64,000 nucleotides of DNA from assembly GCA_002269645.1 (NCBI GenBank), contig NIVC01002600.1:94110-158109 (forward strand). Direction: 5' to 3'. The stretch is from Macrostomum lignano. Lineage: Eukaryota. The position numbers and the translations under genes are program-made. Shown here one piece after another: positions 11,038 to 22,893 of the stretch (within the stretch, counting starts at the first letter, position 1; every line of letters starts with the position of its first letter). The notes below the pieces were generated by a model. It was not told where the DNA came from, ran no database searches, and was given only the letters and a program-made list of their open reading frames with translations.

Positions 11038-14000
11038 ATGGAGCACGAAGTATCGTCCAAAGTGGTGGATTCTGTACTGTTGCGTCATACTAGCGTCAGC
11101 CAATCGCTGCGCAGTTTTATGAGCAGCACACCGTCTAGGCCAGTCAGCATGCCGGTGTGTAGTAGAGTTGGCGAAGATCTGGCTGGCTCTGAACAGAAGT
11201 CTCCGGAAGGTAATATTGAAATGTAGAAAAAAATAAACTTAGTTTTGTTTTTTTATCGGCGGGGTTCCAGGCGCCGTTTGTCAAATTCCAGCTTGGAAAA
11301 AATAGAGGGTGTCAAAATTGAAGTTGATCTGTCGTGACCACAGATACTAAAATAACAATAGATAGATATTTTAGTGTCTGAGTTGCAAGATTCGCCACAG
11401 GCTTTTTGTCCTTAAAGCGAACACATTCAATTAGCTTACGAGTATTCATCCTGTTGGCAGCTGCACCCAAATCCAATGCGTGTGCATAAAGAGCAGAGTG
11501 AAAAGGGTTGGCGCTCCAGCCCTCCAGCCAGGCCCGTAAAACAGTTTAAGGATTTCCTCTTGCCCGCTTGTGTCTGACTTTATAACAAAATACTAAAGCG
11601 AGTCCTTACTCCTCTCTCATTGGCTGAGCTAGATGGGGTCTGTCCACCTAGGCTGAGTTTCGACCGTCAAACTTTGACCTCTCTTCTTACTGCTCTGTCA
11701 TTGGCTGAGCTATATTAGGCCTGCCTGCTCCCTAGGCTGAGTTTCGTCTGTATTACGTTCACCCGTTGGATTTTGATTTTCTAAAGTAGGCATAAAAGGT
11801 GAAGAGTTTTGCACCTTCTGCCTCACTTTCGCCTCTCTTATGCCTATTTTGTTCCACTGTGCACCGCGTGTTCACCTCAGTGCCTCTGCAGGGTCAAAAG
11901 GTGAATTTAAGGCATGAAATAGGCGGTAGGGGCACAAGTGTCATAGGGGAGTTGGATGCATTAAAGGTGCACAGTGTGCATTGGAGGCACAAAAGGTGAA
12001 CAGAGTAGGAATTGGGGGTATTGGTGGAGTAAAAGGTGAACAAAAGGTGCGCCGCGGTGGAGGTGCATAAAGGTGTACAGTGTGCATTGGAGGCACAAAA
12101 GGTGAACAAAAGGTGCACAGTGGGCACTTTAGGTGCAGAAGCAATGCAAGGGGCATTCCAACTTGCGAAAGTTCTTTGCTACTTTTCCTCACTATTCTTT
12201 GGAAAGATTCGGAACTTTTCCACACTGATGCAAAACTTTTCATCACTTTTCGGAACTTTTCCTCAGTATTTGAAAGTCATTGGAACTTATCAGTATAGGG
12301 AATGTTTACTATCGCGGTTGGCCAGAATCAGGAAGGGATAGCAGCGATTAGTATAGGTGTAAATAAAGCTTTTCTATGTTTAATGTGCCTGCAAATTACG
12401 AGTATGTAACTTACAGTTAATTTTTATTACTAATTCCCATTAGAAAAGTTATGCAACCGCGTAGGCATAAAAGGTGAGAAAGGTGCACAAAAGAGGCACC
12501 TTAGTGGCCTATTTCGTGCTGGTTTTGGAAATGCACATGTACGCACCTATTTACTCCGTGACTTAATTGTCTTTTGAAAGAAGTAGTTTAATTAGAATCA
12601 TGTACACCCACCTCTGATTCACCTTTCATGCACTTTCTGTGCCCCTTCTGCACCTCCCGTGCACCTGCTGTGCCTCACTTGTGAGCCTGCTGTTCACCTT
12701 TTGCGCACCTCCAGTGCCCCTTACACATTTTTACTGCTCCTAACGCCGCAACCAATCAAAATTGAGAATTCACCTACTGCCTGACCACTTCACCGATTTT
12801 ACACTTTTCATGCCTCTTCAAAAATATTGGTGACATTTAGGCATACAAGGTGCACTCAGGTACATTTCCAAAACATGCAAGAAATAGGCCACTTTTGTGC
12901 ATCTCGTTCACCTTTTATGCCTCTGCAGTTGTATAACTTTTCCAACGGGTCATTTTGTTCCTGCTTAACCCCATTTGCTCTTGAGGCCACAAAACCCGAG
13001 GAAAAAAAGAAACTTTTAGCTGCCAAATTAAAATTTAAGAGAGGATGCGCAGAGAAACTACTGAAAAAGAGTAGACGCTCGCGAAAAGAGTTGACAACTG
13101 TGCTAAGAAGTGTTTCAGAAAGTGGTTAGATTAGCAGGGCTGGAGCAAAGCATACAGTATGCCGTAAAAATATTGGCAGTATAATTAAATATAAATAATT
13201 AATAAACTCCAAAGCAGCCGGCCGCTCATTCTACAAATCAGCCGAATGGGAGGCAATCTGGTCTGTCAGCGACTCCCAGACTGCTCAGCCGTCGCCAACG
13301 CCGACCCCGTCGCATCGGGCAGCCCACCGGTTCTGCCCGCGCCATCCGGACCAGCTGGCTCTAGTCGAAGGCGATCCTATTGTTGTGCTACGCGTCGACC
13401 CAGACGGCTGGGCTGCCGGGGTCAATCTGCGCACTAGAGAGCGCGGCGTCTTCCCTCTGCCGCTGGCAACTGCCGCCAAGCCCAGCTGCAATGGCGACAG
13501 TCAGTCACTACTGCCGCCGGCTCCCGCCATATCGCCGCCGCCACCGCCGTCGTCCTCCTCGTCGTCGTTGACCTTGTCGACATTGTCGAGTCCGCCAACG
13601 ACTGTTGTCGCTTCCGCCGCTGTCGTTGCCGAACCTGAAGGCGGCGTTGGCGGCAGCGGCGGCAATTTTGTTGCCACAGGTTTAAATTTTGTTGGCGCGG
13701 TTGAAGTGGCCGCCGGAGTCGATCGGGCCCGTCTGGCCAAGGCTTTGGATCGGGTGAGCATTGTGAGCCATTTGTGAGGAAATCTAGGGACTCATTTTCT
13801 TAACTGGGTGCCATTACATTTATCTAGGCGCCATATTTCATTTAATTGGGCGCCATTTCATTTAACTGGGCGCCATTTCATTGAACTGTCTGATTTTTAC
13901 TGAACTGATTATTTCTTTTAATCAAAAAAGAAAACAGATTTTTTGTCCCTCATCAAGCAGTTATGCTAATGCACATACTATTGATATTTACTCATTTCAA

Positions 14001-15231
14001 GGTGCTCAGCAGCCAATCAGGTCGCAGTGGCTCCAACTGCAGTGTGGTAGTGAGCACCTACGGCATTAGAATGTCTAGCAGCTGTTTAACTGGCGAGGTA
14101 AGATGCCCTTTTTGTCGTTCCAAATGCATAAATTGTATTACAAAACGCTTCTCGCCTACTTACAATGCTTATGTGAGTAGTGTAGCGCTTTTGCTAACCT
14201 ATTTTTTCATCTGTTATTATGTGCGCTAAAATCTAAAGTTGCCTGCTTTTTTCTTCGCTCAAGCAACAGCAGCCGCAACAGGGCGATGCAAATTTTACGG
14301 CAAAGCATCGCCAGAAAACGGCGCCACCGCTGCTAACGCAGCTGCTGCGCCGCCTGTCCTCACCCTGTCTGGCAGCGTCTACGGGCGCCGCCGATCTTGT
14401 CAATAAGCGGGCATTAAAGCGGCAGTCACGTGACAGTCACTGCTGTTTGCAGCAGGTATTACAGATGCGTAGCTAAGGTTGCGTTTTTTAAGTCAGTAGG
14501 TTGGCTGATAAAATGCGGCTGTAATTTTAGCATTCAAATTGTTTTTTTTTCATTTTCGTAACTTTTTAGTACCCGTTTGTCAAACGAAAGTAAACATGGA
14601 CAACTTGCTCAGTGTTATTTCTTAGGGGGTTGTAACCTAGTGGTTAGAGCGTCGGACTTACGACTTGAAGATCGGGGAATTCACGATCCCACTGTTTGTG
14701 TCCTTGAGCAAGACACTTAAAACTCTGCATTGCTTCAGTTCACCCAGCTGTAAAATGGGTGCCAGCATTAGCTGGGGTAATTGAGAGAGTGTGTGGCGAC
14801 CCTCCAAAGACGTCAATTTTATCATCCATAACTTGTGGCTTTTAAAGTTCCTCTGTTAGATGTTGAATATAATATTTCAAATCGTCTACTGATTAGTAGC
14901 AAGGTTTGATAGTGAAATAAAATTTTAACAAACAAAAACTGATCCAAAAAAAATTAAATTTGTATTACAGCCCACTGCCGAACAGTTCAGCTATTACTTC
15001 AGCATGCGCAATGTGTCCCTGTGCTGCGTCCATCCAACTCTGCCAGCGGTTGCCGCTTTCGTCACCCGGCATCCTAGACTGGAGCGCCGTCTGGCCGCTG
15101 CTCACGTGTTCACTGGCGCCTGCCAACAGCTGGCCAGCTTAGTGTCGGCTGTGCAGGCTGCCTACGCCAGGTTCTACAATGAGTACATGGCGTTCTGTCA
15201 TCCTACAGAGGATCTGTTTATTGATGAGTAG
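11038..15231 (+). CDS. MAPK8IP1: JNK-interacting protein 1-like scaffold (SH3 + PTB); N-terminus may extend upstream to about 10888
   Basis: Exons (10888/11038)-11209, 13218-13753, 14002-14097, 14264-14455 and 14971-15231 have compatible phases. SH3 HRAAHRFCPRHPDQLALVEGDPIVV...GVNLRTRERGVFP; PTB LNFVGAVEV, YYFSMRNVSLCCVHP; C-terminus YARFYNEYMAFCHPTEDLFIDE* matches the JIP1/Aplip1 family. Confidence 0.88.
12462..12922. mobile_element. Foldback/MITE with ~85-bp imperfect TIRs (AGGCATAAAAGGTGA...); related fragments at 11786-12140
   Basis: 12462-12550 is an imperfect inverted copy of about 12845-12922. AAAAGGTGAAC/GTTCACCTTTT motifs recur. Confidence 0.6.
14625..14806 (+). mobile_element. tRNA-derived SINE family 1, copy A
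   Basis: A box TAACCTAGTGGTTAGAGC and a degenerate B box, followed by the conserved core TGTGTCCTTGAGCAAGACACTTAA...CCCAGCTGTAAAATGGGT (Nin/Deu-type SINE domain). Confidence 0.82.
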
Positions 15232-15562
15232 CAGGCGTTACAGATATGGGTGGGTTTTTTTGCCTTTTAAAAGTTTAGTCTGTTTGTTGACACTATGGAC
15301 CACGATTTCTAGTCACGTGTTCTCCGCTCTCTCTGTCTGTCTCTGAACTGTCTCTTAGCCGAAGGAGTTGCGCCAGGGTTTCCCAGAGGCCTCTCGTGAT
15401 TATCATTCAACCCATATTTAAACAACTGTAGGCTGCCTAAGTTGACAGATTTCCAACTCTTTATAGTCAATCATAACAGTAATAATTGGTTACACTTATG
15501 CAACCGACAGCTCAGCCGCAGCCATTGCGCGGCGCATCTGAAGGCTGCGTACGGCTGTTCAG

Positions 15563-15736
15563 TCCAAGGACTGGGGGTCGCCACACACAGCCTCAATTAA
15601 CCTAGCTAATACTGCCACCCATTTTACAGCTTAAGTGTCTTGCTCAAGGACACAAATTGTTCTGAGTAAGCCGAGAATCGAACCCCTTACCTTCCAGTCG
15701 GGAGTCCGACGCTCTAACCACTAGGCTACAACCCCC
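15563..15736 (-). mobile_element. tRNA-derived SINE family 1, copy B
   Basis: Reverse complement GGGGTTGTAGCCTAGTGGTTAGAGCGTCGGAC...GGTTCGATTC...TGTGTCCTTGAGCAAGACACTTAAGCTGTAAAATGGGT; homologous to copy A. Confidence 0.85.
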
Positions 15737-17284
15737 TCTTTTTATAGTCACTTAGCCTTCTAATCCTCGTCTGGGCTCTCAGGCTCATTGTGCCTCATTT
15801 TATTTCATATTCAGTGGCAAACACTTTAAATCCGCTTTATATGCATTATATATAGCAAAGCTAGCCTATGCTTTCACTGTACGGATATGTTTAATTTCTC
15901 AGCTAGCTCTTTTATAGTCTTTGTGATTGTTTACTCTGTTGCTTTCTTTAATACGATATAAAGCTAGACTTAAATGCTTTGCTAGATATTGATTTCCAGT
16001 TATATTGTTGCAATTCACTCATTTTTGCGCTTTCGTCTATTCACTCTCTCGTATTTACTAACAAGCCTTTTGCAATATACTAAACATTTTTGTATGCTAT
16101 AGATGCTACTCATAATCAGTATTATCCAGTGTTCATGTTTTTTGTTTTTTATTTAGTCTGCGCTTCTACAGCTGGCATTCAATCGCTTCCAATGTCTTCA
16201 GTTACTATTGGGAATAGATTATTGCTGTTCATTTAACAATTCTGATATTGTCTCTCAAATTGACTACATTATTTTCTTTTTAATGTTCATTTATATTGTT
16301 TTAAAATACACACGATAATGTTGAATGTTATTATTTATATTGCATAATTCTAATAATTAAATAGAATTAAATGTAGCTGCAAAGCTGACAGATGATAGTT
16401 GTTCTTGACTTGATGCCATTTGTTTATAGAAAACAAAAATGGTCTATGGCAGTGATTAAGGTAGGTACATGTACCTGCATACCTGAATAGCTTCGCCCCC
16501 CTCCTCACACCAAGCTCTGAAGCTAACTGAAGGAAAAAGCTATTCATGTTTCCTAGTTATCGGAGTGTTAGTTCGACCAGCACCAAAAAAACGCTGCACA
16601 TTCTAGGCATTGTCTCATCCAAATATAGCCTTGCTTGCTCTGCTCAGAGACTTATCATTTATTCCTTGGTATAAATATACCAAATAAATATACCTTGGTA
16701 TAATCCTTGGAAATATAATCAAGCTATGGAAGACTAAGCAAGCTTCCGGAGCAAACTGACTAGAATCGATAACCGTTTTTAGCATAGTCCTTCAAAAAGC
16801 AGTCTACTAGCCAAGACAGTACAGTTACATTGTATCGTATGTTGCTAAATAATTTCTGATCTACACTGGCTAGGCATGTTTGGTGAAAGTTGTGTAAAAA
16901 TCAGTTTAGCCATCTGTTTTTTATAAAATCGACTACACGAAAGAAATATATAGGCACATCATAATAATTCATAGTATATTCAAGAACTATGCATATAATA
17001 ACTCAAGTTTTTTTCGTTTTTGATTGGAGAAAGTTAATTATTCATATTGCAGCAAGCTCGTGATGATCTTAGCGCCCATTTGTTTTAACAGGTTCAGGAT
17101 CAAGGACTCCCAGTAGCAAAATTTCAATATATCAATTTTCCCAGAAACCGACTCCTCGACAGTTCTGAGGAACCTTTTATTCTTTATGCTTTTATGAGTT
17201 TCTGCTACATGCAACAGGAAAGTAAATAATAAACTGGTGTGCGCTTGACTGAATTTTTCTGCCTAATAAATCTGAAAAAACATA

Positions 17285-20200
17285 ATGGCTCCAAGGAAGC
17301 TTACATTAGAGGAAGCAATTCATGATAGTCCCAAGGTAAGTCAAAGTGATTTTACTTTTGATTTTAGAAGCCATTTTTTATTTTATGACTTCATTCATGA
17401 CTAATGATTTGAAGCTTATTGCATATTTTATAATAAATACAAATATGATCTTTTGGGCCATTCAGTAAATTTCATATGTGTTCCTTCATAACATTTTACA
17501 TTTGGCTACTGTTTTTATTTTTTAATGTTTCTTTTATAGTCAATATTGTCAATAATAAATTATGTTATCAATAGTGAGAGCTACCAACCGTTTTGGCATT
17601 TTTACACTGGTAAAGGTTGAATATACTAGAAATATGAAGGGCTGGCAACTTGGTTTTTGTTAGAGAGATGCACGATAGATAGTTATATCTTGTTTTTATA
17701 TTTTGCATATATTTGCATTATTCTGGTCTAATGTAGCAACAAAAATTGCCAGAAATGGGAATCCCCCCTATTAGTCCTATTGATAACTTTTGTTTTTAAA
17801 TTAGTTAACTGAGTAAGAAATTTATTGTAAGATTTGTATATTAAACAAAATATAGTTTATCTTAATTTTAAAAAATTATAAGCTAATATTTAACACTTTA
17901 AAATAGTTTAATAAATATTCAATGTTCTTTGTTTTGATTTATTAAATTTCATTTATAGGTTGTTAAACCTTTTGTGCTTAAGTGCAAGTTTAAAATAGAT
18001 TTATTTAATAAATGGAGCTTTATTAGAAGTTAATTAGAAATTAGAAATTAATAGAAAATAATAGAACAACATAAATGAGCAAAATTACATATGTAACAGG
18101 GGTGATTCTTCCTTCTTAATAATATCCCACTGTTGTTACCAAAAGCTGTCTCAGGGGTCTTAATTATTATTTTGTTTAGCCTTACTAGCTGCCACCAAGT
18201 TGTCAAAGGGCTAAACTAATTTTTTAAGTTGGTAGCTGCCACTAGGATTATCCTATTAATAAATTATGAGTTTATCAATCTTAGAATAATCCAAGAAATG
18301 TTTCTTAGAATAGATCTGAGTATATATCTTTAGTAGTTAGTCTGAGTATTTAGTCTGAGTATTTAGTCTGAGTATTTAGTCTGAGTATTTAGTCTGAGTA
18401 TTTAGTCTGAGTATTTTGTTCTTAGAATATTATTTAGCCCTTACAATTGTTATCGTTCTCTTGTTATTCTGGTAGCATTTACTATTGTTCTGGTAGCATT
18501 TATTATTATTCTGGCCTGAGTGGTCTATTGGCTATACTGGTATATGTATTTCATGTACTTTGCAAGTCCTTGGGTGTTACTGAGATCAGAGGGTCACAGC
18601 CTCCGGTTATTCTTACACTTATTACTTAGGAACTACTTCGTATTCTCTTACTACTCAATGCTGCTGCTTCTCAATAGTATATACTGTATACGCTTCAGTC
18701 TATTTCGCTTTTATGTCTGCAAATGAATGACTTGGAAAACGGCTCCTCTTATAATTATTCGTAACACTCCTTTCTTTATATGCTTACTCCTTTCATAGGA
18801 ACTGCACGAAGGCAAGTTGCTCTCTCTCAGCCCAGATCACGTCTATTTATACTAAATTATTCCGTAGTTTTAAACAAAAATTAATTTGCGAAAATATTTT
18901 GGAAAACATATACATTATAACAAATCATTTGCTTAGTATTTTGGCACGAATTTAAAAGCATCAAATCGTAAAAATATAGATCGCCCTGCACACATAGAAT
19001 CCTTGAGCACTTGAGAAAAGACCTAGAACAATTATCCTTAGTCATAAGCTAATAAAATTCTAACTAGTCTTAGTCTATGCAAAGAATTTTTATTATTTTA
19101 TATATTTGAATGGCCACTTTCTAAAAGAAATAATTTGAATTCCATTGTAGACTCAGTCAGTGCTTTCTATCTATGAAGAAGATGCACAAATGCTTAGGCA
19201 ATTTGCCTATGAATTTCATGGCTACTGCGAGAAAATCCAGGCTGCTCAACAGGCTTTGGCAGCTGCATCTCATGGACTGGCAGCTCTGATGAAGAAGTAT
19301 GGTAGCATGGTATGCAAGCTTGATCATATTGATTTTTTTCACAGGATTTGACCTCGTTGCTTCTGTCTAAATTGCTAGAAAAAACTGATGGACTTTTTCC
19401 TTTTTATTCCAGAAGTTTCCTATGGAGAAGAAGAATTCTTGTCTGGTAACAACTTTTCCTATGCTGGCCGATTATATTGAGGAGGTGAGCCTACCGAACT
19501 TGTTAATTAACTTTGAATCTGAGTTATGAGTTAAATGACTCAAAGAACTGAACTGTGTTGCATTAGGTCTAAGCAGTGTTGGATTGTGTCTAGCCGTGTT
19601 TTATATCTAAAATATGTTGAATTGGATCTCAAACGCGGTCAGTCACTCTAATAAAAACATTTTTCCAGATAGGAACCATGCACCAGGAGGTCGCCCGACA
19701 GATCTCCCAATCCATGATCAACCCCATTAGTCGGTTTATTACAGCCGATCTTGAAGGTCATTGATAACTTTTCATTTATAAGGAGTTTTGGCGTTTATTA
19801 AGCCATGCTTTTTGGTTTTAAAGCTTTAAACTTAATTTGTTTACATCTTGTTACAGTGGTTTTTAGAGCATATTTATCACATATAAAGAAGCAAGGATTT
19901 TCGGTGGCACACAATTATGTCACGACATATATTTATGCTTTTACATTTTTACAGATCTTAACTCATGACTCGTTTGTCTACTATTTAAGCAGTTGAAATG
20001 ATAAAGATTTTGTTATTGCCTGATTTATTTAGCTTTCTATCGCTTCAATCAATTTGCAGAGCTGATGCAGCTCCAAAACCTATATGGACTTGTTAGTGAT
20101 GGTGAGTTGATCCAAGTGTGCAGTGAATTTGCTTCATTTAATTTTGTTTTAGCAAAGTCAATATAATTAGACCGCAGCCACCCATATGAACAACCACCAC

Positions 20201-22675
20201 CTCAAGGAACAACCACCACCACACGGAACAACCACCACCACCCCAGAACCGCCACCAACCCACCACCTCACAGAACCACCACCTCAGAACAACCCACCAC
20301 CTCAGAACAACCCACCACCTCACGGAACAAACCACCACCACCACACAGAACAACCCACCACCTCACGGAACAAACCACCACCACCACCTCAGAACAACCC
20401 ACCACCTCACGGAACAAACCACCACCACCACACAGAACAACCCACCACCTCACGGAACAATCACCACCACCCCAGAACCGCCACCAACCCACCACCACAC
20501 AGAACAACCACCACCACCCCAGAACAACCCACCACCTCACGGAACAACCACCACCTCACAGAACAACCCACCACCTCACGGAACAACCACCACCTCACGG
20601 AACAATCCTACCTCACAGAACAACCACCATCTCACGGAACAATCCTACCTCACAGAACAACCACCATCTCACGGAACAATCCTACCTCACAGAACAACCA
20701 CCATCTCACGGAACAATCCTACCTCACAGAACAACCACCATCTCACGGAACAATCCTACCTCACAGAACAGCCACCATCTCACGGAACAATCCTACCTCA
20801 CAGAACAACCACCATCTCACGGAACAACCACCACCCCTTAGAACAACCACCACCACACAGAACAACCCACCACCTCACAGAACAACCCACCACCTCACAG
20901 AACAACCCACCACCTCACAGAACAACCCACCACCCCACAGAACAACCCACCACCTCACAGAACAACCCACCACCACACAGAACAACCACCACCTCACAGA
21001 ACAACCCACCACCTCACAGAACAACCCACCACCTCACAGAACAACCCACCACCACACAGAACAACCACCACCTCACAGAACAACCCACCACCTCACAGAA
21101 CAACCCACCACCCCATGAAAAGCTACCATCGCACAGAACAGCCACAGAGCAGTCAATCAATTCGAAAACCGACCTTATTGCAGAGCACGAGCAATCAACT
21201 CAGCGCTACGCCAAACTGTCAACCAGATGCAGCGAACAGGCCAGACGCGAAGCTATTGACGAAGTTTATCACATGCGCAAGAAGTTGCACAGGGTAAGCC
21301 ATGGGCCTGTCTGATGCACACACGAAAAGCTAACCCTAACCCTAACCCTAACCCGCAGACTGCGCTTCACTATTTCTCGTCAATGAATCTGGTGCAGCAG
21401 CGCCGCCAGCTGGCCTTCCTGGAGCCCCTGGCCGGGCATCTGCAGGCCCATCTGCGCCTGTTCAGGCTGGCCAATGAGTTTGCTGATAAGCGCGACTTGG
21501 ATACGCTTAGCGGCAACGCCAGAGGCCTGTTGCTATGGTAACTGTTGCCGGTCGATTGGCTGCGATTAGACAAGCAGTCGTGCACATGCTAGTTAGAAAA
21601 TTGGCTAGGTTAGCTACCTTGCACGTGTGCAGACCCACGATCATGAGGACCAGCTACCCTAGACACAGAGAATGTACATCACATGCCTGATAATTAGGAA
21701 GTCAGCGGAATTGGCATGACTAGCGGCAACTCAGATATTAGCAACTGTATATACTGGGAACTCCAGAGTTAACCATGTCACAGTTTAGATTAGCAAACCT
21801 GGGTCTGCGAAACATTGAGGCCTGCGAGACCAAAAATCCCTCTAGAGAACAGAACTGTCCAAAGTAAGCTCTGTTTGCGTACGAGTCTTAACTCCCGTTA
21901 CGTCGAAGCATATTTTTATTCATTTTCATTATAAACATGATATGATAAACATGGCAATACATGACTTTATTCCGGATCGCACGCAGCCTGCAGCGCGAGT
22001 TCGACCTCGAACGAGCCGGCACAGCGGCTTCGGTGGCGCGGCTCGAGTCCGCTTATCCCGACGCCGTCTTTCTGCCGGACGACTTCGAAACCGTTCAGGC
22101 CGGATCTCCGGCGGCGGGGCAGCCGGTGCGGCTGCGATCTCGCCGAGTCCGCGGCTACCTGATGCACCGGTGTCGGCCTGGCGATGTTGGCGGCGTCGGG
22201 CCGGCCCGCTGGGAGCGGCTGCACTGTGCGCTGCGCAGCGGCGGCCGGCTGCAGATTGAGGCCAGACGACGGCCGAGTCGGCCGATCGCCATTCACCTAC
22301 GCGGCGATGGTGGACCGGACTGCGCCGCTTCGGCTGCCCCCGCCGAGCTGGACGACAGGCGCAACGTGTTCATTGTGACCGTGCCGGATGTGGGGTGGGT
22401 TGCCTGGCTTGCACTGCCGCTGTGCTGCACCAGCTTGTTACTCATGCACTGAGGCTGTGGGGGTAGGGGGTGGCTAGTTAGTTAGTTAGTCAGTATGTTA
22501 TTTAGTTAGTTAGTCAGTAAGTTATTTAGTTATTTAGTTAGTTAGTTAGTTATTTATTTAGTTAGTCAGTAAGTTATTTAGTTATTTAGTTAGTTAGTTA
22601 GTTAGTTAGTTATTTATTTAGTTAGTCAGTAAGTTATTTAGTTAGTTAGTTAGTTAGTTTTTTAGTTAGTCAGTA

Positions 22676-22728
<53 letters not shown>

Positions 22729-22743
22729 TTTAGTTAGTCAGTA

Positions 22744-22808
<65 letters not shown>

Positions 22809-22823
22809 TTTAGTTAGTCAGTA

Positions 22824-22893
<70 letters not shown>

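Noticed and set aside
14625-14700. tRNA genes (also 15660-15736, 23961-24020, 40785-40850)
   Set aside because: No complete cloverleaf, and each head runs into a shared SINE body.
20186-21118. 310-aa Pro/His/Thr-rich ORF
   Set aside because: Translation of an intronic minisatellite; APPL splices across it in frame.
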